A stretch of DNA of 64,000 nucleotides, from positions 1,834,889-1,898,888 of the forward strand of contig CAWJGJ010000001.1 of assembly GCA_963842395.1 (NCBI GenBank), in the 5' to 3' direction. Source of the DNA: an uncultured Acidimicrobiales bacterium. Lineage in GTDB: Bacteria; Actinomycetota; Acidimicrobiia; Acidimicrobiales; VFJN01. Each line of letters begins with the position of its first letter. The stretch's first letter is position 1. The notes beneath the pieces are model-generated. The model had not been told where the DNA came from. It saw nothing but the letters and a program-made list of their open reading frames with translations, and ran no database searches. Positions 53,011 through 60,751 of this stretch are shown here, one piece after another. The position numbers were made by a program, and so were the translations under genes.

Positions 53011-54398
53011 GCCTGTCCGAGAGGCTGCGCGAGCAGACCGACACCGCCCCCGAGCGCTCCGCACTCGACTTCAGCTCGCCGCGTTCGGCGGCCGAGCCCG
53101 TCGCCGTCGACGCGGTGACCGAGATGAAGACCCGGGCCCACGATGCGCTGTTCGCCCGGCTCGGCCTCCGGCTGTTCGACTCGACGCTGAGCCAGGAACA
53201 GCTCCACACCTACGTCGCCCAGGAGATCGGCGACCTGATGGCGTCCGCCCCCGCGCTCCTGTCGGCGGCCGAGCGGCAGCAGCTCGTCGCGGAGATCATG
53301 GACGACGTCGTCGGCCTCGGTCCCATCGAACGGCTCCTCGACGACCCCACGATCTCCGAGGTGATGGTCAACGCCACCGACTTCATCTACGTCGAGCGTC
53401 ACGGCGTGATCGAGTCGACCGACGCCCGCTTCCTCTCCAGCGACCACCTCCGGCGGGTCATCGAGCGCATCGTCGCCCAGGTGGGGCGGCGCATCGATGA
53501 GTCGTCGCCGATGGTCGACGCCCGCCTGGCCGACGGCTCCCGCGTGAACGCGGTGATCCCGCCGCTGGCCGTCGACGGGCCCATGCTCACCATCCGCAAG
53601 TTCTCCCGCGACCCGCTGCAGGTCGACGACCTCGTCGGGCTCGGCACCCTCACGCCGGCGCTCGCCGAGCTGATCTCGGCCTGCGTCCGCGGCGGCCTGA
53701 ACATCCTCGTGTCCGGCGGGACCGGCACCGGCAAGACGACGCTGCTCAACGTGCTGTCGTCGTTCGTGCCCGACACCGAGCGCATCGTCACGATCGAGGA
53801 CGCGGTGGAGCTCCAGCTCCGCCAGCGCCACGTGATCCGCCTCGAGAGCCGTCCCCCCAACGTGGAGGGCCGAGGCGAGGTCAAGATCCGCGACCTGGTC
53901 CGCAACTCCCTGCGCATGCGGCCCGACCGGATCATCGTCGGCGAGGTCCGCGGGGCCGAGACGCTCGACATGCTCCAGGCCATGAACACCGGGCACGACG
54001 GATCGATCTCGACCGTCCACGCCAACTCTCCCCGGGACGCGTTGTCCCGGCTCGAGACGATGGTGCTGATGGCAGGGTTCGACCTGCCCACCCGCGCCAT
54101 CCGGGAGCAGGTCGCGTCCGCCGTGCACCTCATCATCCACCTGCAGCGGTTCCGCGACGGCAGCCGCCGCGTGTCGCAGGTGTCGGAGGTGGTCGGCATG
54201 GAGGGCGAGGTCATCACCCTGTCCGACCTCTACACGTTCGACCACGGCGCCGGCATCGACGCCGACGGTCGCTTCCTGGGCCGCGTCCGGCCCACCGGCA
54301 TCCGCCCCACGTTCTCGGACCACCTCGGCGAGCTCGGCATCGAGCTGCCGGCCGAGATGTTCGGCGAGACCGACCTCTTCCTCGCCGGTCGGCTGTGA
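53007..54398 (+). CDS. tadA: TadA/CpaF secretion ATPase
   Basis: Walker A VSGGTGTGKTTLLN, Asp box, Walker B IIVGEVRGAE, His box NTGHDGSISTVHAN. Confidence 0.9.
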   Translation: MSLSERLREQTDTAPERSALDFSSPRSAAEPVAVDAVTEMKTRAHDALFARLGLRLFDSTLSQEQLHTYVAQEIGDLMASAPALLSAAERQQLVAEIMDDVVGLGPIERLLDDPTISEVMVNATDFIYVERHGVIESTDARFLSSDHLRRVIERIVAQVGRRIDESSPMVDARLADGSRVNAVIPPLAVDGPMLTIRKFSRDPLQVDDLVGLGTLTPALAELISACVRGGLNILVSGGTGTGKTTLLNVLSSFVPDTERIVTIEDAVELQLRQRHVIRLESRPPNVEGRGEVKIRDLVRNSLRMRPDRIIVGEVRGAETLDMLQAMNTGHDGSISTVHANSPRDALSRLETMVLMAGFDLPTRAIREQVASAVHLIIHLQRFRDGSRRVSQVSEVVGMEGEVITLSDLYTFDHGAGIDADGRFLGRVRPTGIRPTFSDHLGELGIELPAEMFGETDLFLAGRL

Positions 54399-56284
54399 GC
54401 CCGATGCGCAACGTGACCACGGTCCTCGGCGCGCTCGTCGCCGCCGTCCTCCTCGCGGGGACGCCCGCCGGCGCCCAGCCGGCGGACGCGCTCGACATCA
54501 CCTCGGTCGACACCGCCGGCTACCCGGCCGTCACCGCCGTCGTCACCGCGCCTCCGGGCCTGCGTGGCGCCGGCTACCCGGCGTCGGCCTTCGAGGTGAC
54601 CGAGGACGGCGAGCCGGTCGACTTCACCGTGCAGCGGGTGCCCACGTCGAGCCTCGAGATCATGCTCGTGGTCGACACGTCCGGCAGCATGGTGGGGGCG
54701 CCGATCGAGGCCGCCCGCGCCGCGGCCAACGAGTTCCTCTCCGTGCTCCCCGCCGACACCCGCGTCGGCGTCGTGGCCTTCGGGTCGGAGCCCTCGCTCA
54801 TCGCCCGACCGACCACCGACCGGGCCCTGCTCGGGTCGCGGGTCGCCCGGCTGACGGCGTCCGGCGAGACCGCGCTCTACGACGCGGTCGCCTTCACCAA
54901 GTCACAGTTCACCGCCGATGCCCGCGACCGGGCGATCGTCCTGCTGTCCGACGGTGGCGACACCGCGAGCACCACGACCCTCGACCAGGCGGCGGCTGCC
55001 GGGATACGGACCAACGTGATCGAGCTCGTCACCGGCGAGAGCAACCGCGCCGTCCTCGGCCGCCTGGCCGCCGCCGGCGGCGGCAGCGTGTCCTCGGTCG
55101 CCGACCCCGCCGCCCTGGCCGGTCTCTACCGCGCCGCGGCCGCCAGCCTCGCCAACCAGTACCGGGTCACCTACGAGACGTCGAGTCACGGCCCCGTGGC
55201 GCTGACCGTGCAGGTCACGACCCCGGACGGGACTCTGGATACCACGACCGACGTCGACCTCCCGGCCGCGGCAACGCCGGCGGCTGCCAGCTCTCCGACC
55301 TCCAGTACGGCGCCGACGGCGGACGGCACCGGGCTGGAGCCGGGGCAGGTCGCCCTCATCGTCGGCGCCGCCGCCATCTTCCTGGCGCTGGTGACCCTGA
55401 CCCTGGTCGGCCTGTCGGTCGACCGCAGGAGCCGCAACGCCCGGGCCCAGCTCGGCGTGCAGCGGAGCCACCTAAGCGGGCCGGCCGTCACCCACCTGGC
55501 CGACCGCATGACGGCGGCGGCCGACGGCTACCTCGAACGGCGCGACCAGCGCCGCACCCTGGCCGCCGCCCTCGAGTCGGCCAGCATCTCGCTGCGGCCG
55601 GGCGAGTTCATCGTGCTGGCCGGCATCGCCACGCTGCTCGCCGGCCTCGCCGGCCTCGCGCTCGGCGGCCCGCTCGTCGGCATCCTCCTGGCCGTCCTGG
55701 TGCCGCTCGTCGCCCGGTTCGTGGTCGGCCACCTCGCCGAGCGGCGACGGGACAAGTTCGCCGAGATGCTGCCCGACACCCTCCAGATGCTGACGAGCAC
55801 CCTCCGGTCGGGCTACGCCCTGCTCCAGGCGCTCGACAGCGTGGCCCAGGAGGCCGCCGAACCGGCCCGGAGCGAGTTCCGCCGGGTGCTGCTCGAGATC
55901 CGCGTGGGACGCGACCTGTCGGCCGCGCTGCGCGCCCTCTCCGACCGCATGCGGAACAAGGACTTCGCCTGGGTGGTCGGCGCCATCGAGATCAACCGGG
56001 AGGTCGGCGGCGACCTGGCCGCCGTGCTCGAGAGCACGGCGGACACGATCCGGGAGCGCCAGCGCGTCTTCCGGCAGATGCGGGCCCTCACCGCCGAGGG
56101 CCGCCTCTCGGGCGTCATCCTCACCGCACTGCCGGTCGTCGTCGCCCTGGCGATGAAGTTCATCAACCCGGCGGCCTTCGCCCAGCTCACCTCGGGCCTC
56201 GGCCTGATGATGTCGGCGGGATGCGGCGTCCTCCTGGCCGTCGGGTGGTTCTGGATGAAGATGTTGAACCGGATCGAGTTCTGA
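54395..56284 (+). CDS. tadB: secreted VWA domain fused to TadB (T2SSF) platform protein
   Basis: Signal peptide (LGALVAAVLLAGTPAGAQPADA). VWA MIDAS VVDTSGSM...GETALYDA...LLSDGGDT. Pro/Ala/Ser/Thr linker, then a TM, then a T2SSF domain (LPDTLQMLTSTLRSGYALLQAL...). Confidence 0.8.
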   Translation: MSPMRNVTTVLGALVAAVLLAGTPAGAQPADALDITSVDTAGYPAVTAVVTAPPGLRGAGYPASAFEVTEDGEPVDFTVQRVPTSSLEIMLVVDTSGSMVGAPIEAARAAANEFLSVLPADTRVGVVAFGSEPSLIARPTTDRALLGSRVARLTASGETALYDAVAFTKSQFTADARDRAIVLLSDGGDTASTTTLDQAAAAGIRTNVIELVTGESNRAVLGRLAAAGGGSVSSVADPAALAGLYRAAAASLANQYRVTYETSSHGPVALTVQVTTPDGTLDTTTDVDLPAAATPAAASSPTSSTAPTADGTGLEPGQVALIVGAAAIFLALVTLTLVGLSVDRRSRNARAQLGVQRSHLSGPAVTHLADRMTAAADGYLERRDQRRTLAAALESASISLRPGEFIVLAGIATLLAGLAGLALGGPLVGILLAVLVPLVARFVVGHLAERRRDKFAEMLPDTLQMLTSTLRSGYALLQALDSVAQEAAEPARSEFRRVLLEIRVGRDLSAALRALSDRMRNKDFAWVVGAIEINREVGGDLAAVLESTADTIRERQRVFRQMRALTAEGRLSGVILTALPVVVALAMKFINPAAFAQLTSGLGLMMSAGCGVLLAVGWFWMKMLNRIEF

Positions 56285-56291
56285 CGGAGAC

Positions 56292-57215
56292 ATGACGATG
56301 AACATTTCCCTTCTCATCGGCTCCGCGGCCGTCCTCGGCTCCCTCCTCGCCCTCTGGTGGGCGGTGACCGGGGCGCGGCCCGCCCGAGCCGGCGTCGATC
56401 TCGGCGGTGTCCGCCGACCGGCGGACCTCGACCTGCGGGCCGCCACGCTCCAGCGGGACGTGGGCGAGCGGACCCTCGTGCCGCTCGTCGCCCGCCTCGC
56501 CGGGCTGACCCGGCGGTACACCCCGCGGGCGCGGATCGCCGGCCTCGAGCAGCGGCTGCTGCTGGCCGGCGCGTCCGGCGGCTGGACCCTGGAGCGGGTC
56601 CTGGCTGTCAAGGCGCTGTTCGCCCTGGCCGGCGCGGCCCTCGCCCTGCTCCGTCTGATGGCGGCCCCCAGCTTCGTCGGCGTGCTGCTCTCGCTGGGGC
56701 TCGGTGTCTTCGGCTTCTTCCTCCCGGACGTCCTGCTGCGCATCAAGACCGACAATCGCCAGAAGGTCATCCGGCGGGAACTGGCCGACACCGTCGACCA
56801 GCTCACGATCGCCGTCCAGGCCGGCCTCGGTCTCGACGCCGCCATCGCCCGCCTGGGCGTCACCGGCGAGGGACCGCTCGCCGCCGAGTTCGCCCGGGTG
56901 AGCCAGGACGTGCGGGCGGGCATGCGCCGGGGCAACGCGCTGCTGACGATGTCCGACCGCGTGCAGCTCCCCGAGCTCCGGCAGCTCGTCGTGGCCCTGG
57001 CCCAGGCCGAGAAGCTGGGCGTGCCGATCGCTCAGACGATGAAGGTGCAGGCCGCCGAGCTGCGCCTGAAGCGGCGGCAGCACGCCGAGGAGCAGGCGAT
57101 GAAGCTGCCCGTCAAGATCCTCTTGCCCATGATGTTCTGCATCCTGCCCTGCCTGTTCGTCGTGATCCTGGGCCCGGCGGCGATGAGCATCTTCGAAACC
57201 CTCTCTCAAGGCTGA
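56292..57215 (+). CDS. tadC: TadC (T2SSF) platform protein
   Basis: 307 aa. T2SSF domain (LADTVDQLTIAVQAGLGLDAAI...) with terminal TM helices. Confidence 0.8.
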   Translation: MTMNISLLIGSAAVLGSLLALWWAVTGARPARAGVDLGGVRRPADLDLRAATLQRDVGERTLVPLVARLAGLTRRYTPRARIAGLEQRLLLAGASGGWTLERVLAVKALFALAGAALALLRLMAAPSFVGVLLSLGLGVFGFFLPDVLLRIKTDNRQKVIRRELADTVDQLTIAVQAGLGLDAAIARLGVTGEGPLAAEFARVSQDVRAGMRRGNALLTMSDRVQLPELRQLVVALAQAEKLGVPIAQTMKVQAAELRLKRRQHAEEQAMKLPVKILLPMMFCILPCLFVVILGPAAMSIFETLSQG

Positions 57216-57218
57216 CCC

Positions 57219-58250
57219 ATGAGCTCGACCATCACGTCAACCAACGGCCGCGCCCGCCGGGGGGAGATGCGCACCGCGCTCACCACCCTGGCCGAGCTGC
57301 ACGAGGCCACGATCGACGGCCCGTACGACTCGTCGTGCGCCACCGGGTTCAGCCCCCTCGACGAGGTGCTGTCCGGCGGCATCCGTCCCGGGGAGGTGCT
57401 CCTCGTCGGGGGCAAGCCCGGCGTCGGCAAGACCATCGCCTGCCTCCAGTGGGCGAGGAACATGGCCCGGCAAGGGATCGTCGCCGTCTACCTCTGCTAC
57501 GAGCACGACCCGCTCACCCTCCTGGCCCGGCTGCTCGCCTGCGAGCTCGGTGAGGTCGCCCGCGCCGCGGGCCGCCATCTCGACCTCGGCATCGAGGAGC
57601 TGCAGGGCCGGCTGCGCGACGTCGCCGCCGGCGTGCTGACGCTGCGCGACGCGCTCGACTCCGACCCGATGCTCGAGGAGGCCGAGCGCCAGTTCGTCGC
57701 CTACGCGGACCGCCTCGTCCTGTTCCAGGGCTCCGGCGCCCGCACCAACGTTCCGTCCATCGGCGATGCGTTGAGCAGGTACATCGGCGAGCCGATCGTC
57801 CTGTTCGTCGACTACGTGCAGAAGGTGCCGGTGGTGCCCGAGATCGCCACGGAGTCGGAGCGGGTGAGCCGGGTGATCGAGAGCCTCAAGGAGCTCGCCC
57901 TCGAGCAGAACATCGGCGTCGTGGCCGTGGCCGCCGCCGACCAGGACGGCCTCACCGCCCGGCGCCTGCACCTGCACCACTTCCGGGGCTCGACCGCCCT
58001 CGCCTACGAGGCGGACGGCGTGATCGTGCTCAACGAGAAGCTGGCCGTCGTGTCTCGGGCGCACGCCGCCTACGCGCCGACCCGGATCGAGGAGTTCCGC
58101 AGCCAGGTCGTCTTCTCCGTGGAGAAGAACCGCAGCGGCGCCGCCGACATCGACCTCGAGTTCACCAAGGACTTCACCCACTACCGGTTCGACCCCAAGG
58201 GCACCTGGGCGGCCGACCGGTTGTGGACCGAGGGATCCGTCGAGACGTGA
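57219..58250 (+). CDS. RecA-superfamily ATPase, KaiC/RadA/DnaB_C-like, inside the Tad operon
   Basis: 343 aa. TGFSPLDEVLSGGIRPGEVLLVGGKPGVGKT (Walker A with the KaiC/RadA-type LD..L.GGI lead-in) and Walker B-like IVLFVDYVQKV. 3 nt after the tadC stop, with a GTGA overlap to the peptidase gene. Confidence 0.7.
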   Translation: MSSTITSTNGRARRGEMRTALTTLAELHEATIDGPYDSSCATGFSPLDEVLSGGIRPGEVLLVGGKPGVGKTIACLQWARNMARQGIVAVYLCYEHDPLTLLARLLACELGEVARAAGRHLDLGIEELQGRLRDVAAGVLTLRDALDSDPMLEEAERQFVAYADRLVLFQGSGARTNVPSIGDALSRYIGEPIVLFVDYVQKVPVVPEIATESERVSRVIESLKELALEQNIGVVAVAAADQDGLTARRLHLHHFRGSTALAYEADGVIVLNEKLAVVSRAHAAYAPTRIEEFRSQVVFSVEKNRSGAADIDLEFTKDFTHYRFDPKGTWAADRLWTEGSVET

Positions 58251-58912
58251 TCGGCGTCCTGGTCGCCCTGTGTGCCGTGGCCGGGTGGGCGATCGGCATC
58301 CTCCTCCGGCCGGTCGTCGACCGGGTGACGGCCGAGCGAGCCCCCGGCCGCGCGCCGACGGGGCGCTCCCGCCTCGTCGCGCCGGTCACCGGCGTGCTGT
58401 TCGGGGCGACGGCGTGGGGCTTCGGCTGGACGTGGTCCCTCCCGGCCTACCTGGCGCTCGCCGCCTTCCTGGTCGTGCTCACGTTCATCGATCTCGACAC
58501 CAAGACTCTGCCCCGGCGCATGGTCTGGGCCGCCGGCGCCACCGGCGTCGGGCTGCTGGCCGGGGCGGCGATCGCCGCCGGCGAGCCCCAGCGGATCATC
58601 ACGGCCGCCGTCGGGGCGGTGATCGCGTACGTGCTCCTGTGTGCGCTGCACATCCTGACCCCGGGAGGCCTCGGGTACGGCGACGTCCGGCTCGGCGCGG
58701 TCCTCGGCTGGTACCTCGGGTGGCAGAGCCTGTCGCTGGTGATCACGGGCCTGCTGGCCGCGTTCGTGGTGGGCGCGGCCATCGGCGTCGTCCTCATGGT
58801 CGTCGGTCGGGCGGGTCGGCGGACCGAGGTCCCCTTCGGTCCCGCCCTGGCGATCGGGGCCTTCCTCGTGCTCCTCGCCACCCCCGTCGCCGGCTCGACC
58901 CCACTCCTCTGA
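58247..58912 (+). CDS. tadV: A24-family prepilin peptidase (TadV/CpaA)
   Basis: Polytopic. Catalytic Asp motifs FIDLDTKTLP and GGLGYGDVRLG. GTG 58247 is preferred; the tracked ORF start is 58223. Confidence 0.8.
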   Translation: MIGVLVALCAVAGWAIGILLRPVVDRVTAERAPGRAPTGRSRLVAPVTGVLFGATAWGFGWTWSLPAYLALAAFLVVLTFIDLDTKTLPRRMVWAAGATGVGLLAGAAIAAGEPQRIITAAVGAVIAYVLLCALHILTPGGLGYGDVRLGAVLGWYLGWQSLSLVITGLLAAFVVGAAIGVVLMVVGRAGRRTEVPFGPALAIGAFLVLLATPVAGSTPLL

Positions 58913-58965
58913 CCCGACCGCGCCCACCGATCCCGGGGGCGCTCCAGCGATCGGTCGCGGCGCAC

Positions 58966-59823
58966 TCAGGGCGCGGGCGAGCCGAGGCCCGCGTGCGGGC
59001 TCCGGGGATGCTGCTCGTGAAACGCCATGAGGCGAGCGACCCACTCCTCGGGGTGGGTGGCGTGGGGGAGGTGACCGGCTCCCTCGAGGACCTCCACCCG
59101 CGCCGTGGGCACCAGCTTCCCGAGCTCGGCGATCACGGCAGCGAACAGCCCGGGGCTCTCGGTGCCGTGCGTCAGCAACAGGGGCACCGCCGTCCTCGCC
59201 AGCGCGGCGGTGTCGATCGACAGGGCGGTCTGGTCATCGAGCTCGTCGAGGAAGGTGGGGGCGTTCGCCTCCAGCACGGCCCTGAACGGCTCCGGGAGGT
59301 CATTCCACGTACCCGGCCCCAGAGCGACGTGCTCGACGAAGTGTTCGGCCGCATCGCGGTGGTCCCCCGAATCGATCAGGTCCCGCACGACCGCGAGGGC
59401 GGCGTCAGCGGCCGCCAGCTCGTCGACGAGAGCCTGCTCGCGCGTCCCCTCGAGAAGGCCCCACAGCGGCGGCTCGTGGACCGTGGCGGTGGCGACCAGC
59501 TCGGGGCGTGCGGTGAGGAGCGTCAAGGTGACGATCGCGCCGTACGAGTTGCCGGCGACGTGCACGGGTTCGTCACTCACATGCTCGATCAACCCCGCGA
59601 GGTCAGCAGCATCCTCGGCGCGACTGCCGGGCCCGTCGCCCGCCTGGCTGCGCGAGTGACCGCGCCGGTCCCAGACCACGACCTCGTACCGCTCGGCCAG
59701 CCGGGCCGCGGCCCGGTCCCAACCGGTCCCGTCGGTCCACGACCCGTGGGTCAGGACGACGCAGTCCCCGGTCCCGCTGATCTCGTGGTAGAGCTCGACA
59801 CCGTTCACCATCGTGGTCGCCAT
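58966..59823 (-). CDS. alpha/beta-fold hydrolase
   Basis: ATG 59823. Motifs VVLTHGSW (HG), the nucleophile elbow VAGNSYG and C-terminal GAGHLPH. Confidence 0.8.
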   Translation of the reverse strand: MATTMVNGVELYHEISGTGDCVVLTHGSWTDGTGWDRAAARLAERYEVVVWDRRGHSRSQAGDGPGSRAEDAADLAGLIEHVSDEPVHVAGNSYGAIVTLTLLTARPELVATATVHEPPLWGLLEGTREQALVDELAAADAALAVVRDLIDSGDHRDAAEHFVEHVALGPGTWNDLPEPFRAVLEANAPTFLDELDDQTALSIDTAALARTAVPLLLTHGTESPGLFAAVIAELGKLVPTARVEVLEGAGHLPHATHPEEWVARLMAFHEQHPRSPHAGLGSPAP

Positions 59824-59913
59824 CGCCCCTGTCCTTCCGTCGCTCGTCGGGCGCGACCACCATCGCCCAGGTCGGCGGCCGGGCACATCGGGCGTTCACC
59901 CCATCACCGCGTG

Positions 59914-60585
59914 TCACTCGTCAGCCGCGAGCCAGGCCTCGTACTCGTCGACCTGCGCGGGCCCGTAGGTGCCCCAACCGTCGACTCCGAGGCAGAACGG
60001 ATGTCCGGCGGGGTCGGCGTACACGAGGTTGTCCGGGCGCTCCGGCATCGGCAGGTGCACGGCTCCGAGGCGCTCGCCGCGCTCACGGACCGAGGGGTCG
60101 GCGAACGCCAGGTCCAGGTGGATCTGGGCCGGGTACGCCGGGTCCGGCCACCTCGGTGGCTGATGGGCGCCGTGATCATCGCCCGGTCTCACACCGCCAT
60201 CCAGGTAGAGGCAGAAGGGATGGCCGACCGCATCGGCGAGGACCCGATGGTCCGCCAGCTCCTCGAGCTTCGTCGCGCCGCATGACAGCACGAGGTCTTC
60301 GGCGCTGTCGAGGTCCCGTACACCGATGTCGAGGTGCACCTGGTGGGGACGGTCGGGGTCCCGCCACCTGGGCGGCGGATCCCGAGGCGCGTGCTCGAAG
60401 CCGATCTCCGGGGTGCGCCCGTCCTCGTGGATCAGCTTGTGGTAGCCGACGAAGATGTGCCGCATGCCGAGGAGCTCGCCGTACATCGCCGCGAGCGACG
60501 CGCCGCGCCCGGTGGTCCAGTAGTCGTCGCTCTCCGCTTCCGGGCCGGGATGCCCGATCTGGATGATGCCGATCAGCCCGCGCAT
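59914..60585 (-). CDS. tandem VOC/glyoxalase-like domain protein
   Basis: Two repeats ending ...LADAVGHPFCL and ...YADPAGHPFCL. The start at ATG 60585 is assumed; the tracked ORF start is 60648. Confidence 0.6.
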   Translation of the reverse strand: MRGLIGIIQIGHPGPEAESDDYWTTGRGASLAAMYGELLGMRHIFVGYHKLIHEDGRTPEIGFEHAPRDPPPRWRDPDRPHQVHLDIGVRDLDSAEDLVLSCGATKLEELADHRVLADAVGHPFCLYLDGGVRPGDDHGAHQPPRWPDPAYPAQIHLDLAFADPSVRERGERLGAVHLPMPERPDNLVYADPAGHPFCLGVDGWGTYGPAQVDEYEAWLAADE

Positions 60586-60727
60586 CCGGGCAGTGCCCCG
60601 TCCATGGACGTTCGTCTCGTCACGTCGTGTCAGGTTCGTCGCTGGCAAGGACGCAGGAGGAAGGCGCAGCCGTAGCTGCGGCGACGACGAGGACGCCGCC
60701 AGCGGCGGACCTGGCCGGCGTGGCGGG

Positions 60728-60745
60728 GCGCAAACGTTTGTGGAC
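60728..60745 (-). promoter_or_regulatory. AT-rich recurrent box, weaker copy g (GCGCAAACGTTTGTGGAC)
   Basis: Shares CAAAC-TTTGT-AC with copy d. Lies between the carboxypeptidase stop and the VOC gene. Confidence 0.3.
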
Positions 60746-60751
60746 GGGGCA

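Noticed and set aside
49046-58912. Missing secretin (RcpA/CpaC) and TadD in the Tad locus as an anomaly
   Set aside because: Their absence is expected for monoderm (Actinobacteria-type) Tad systems, so it is not evidence of an incomplete locus.
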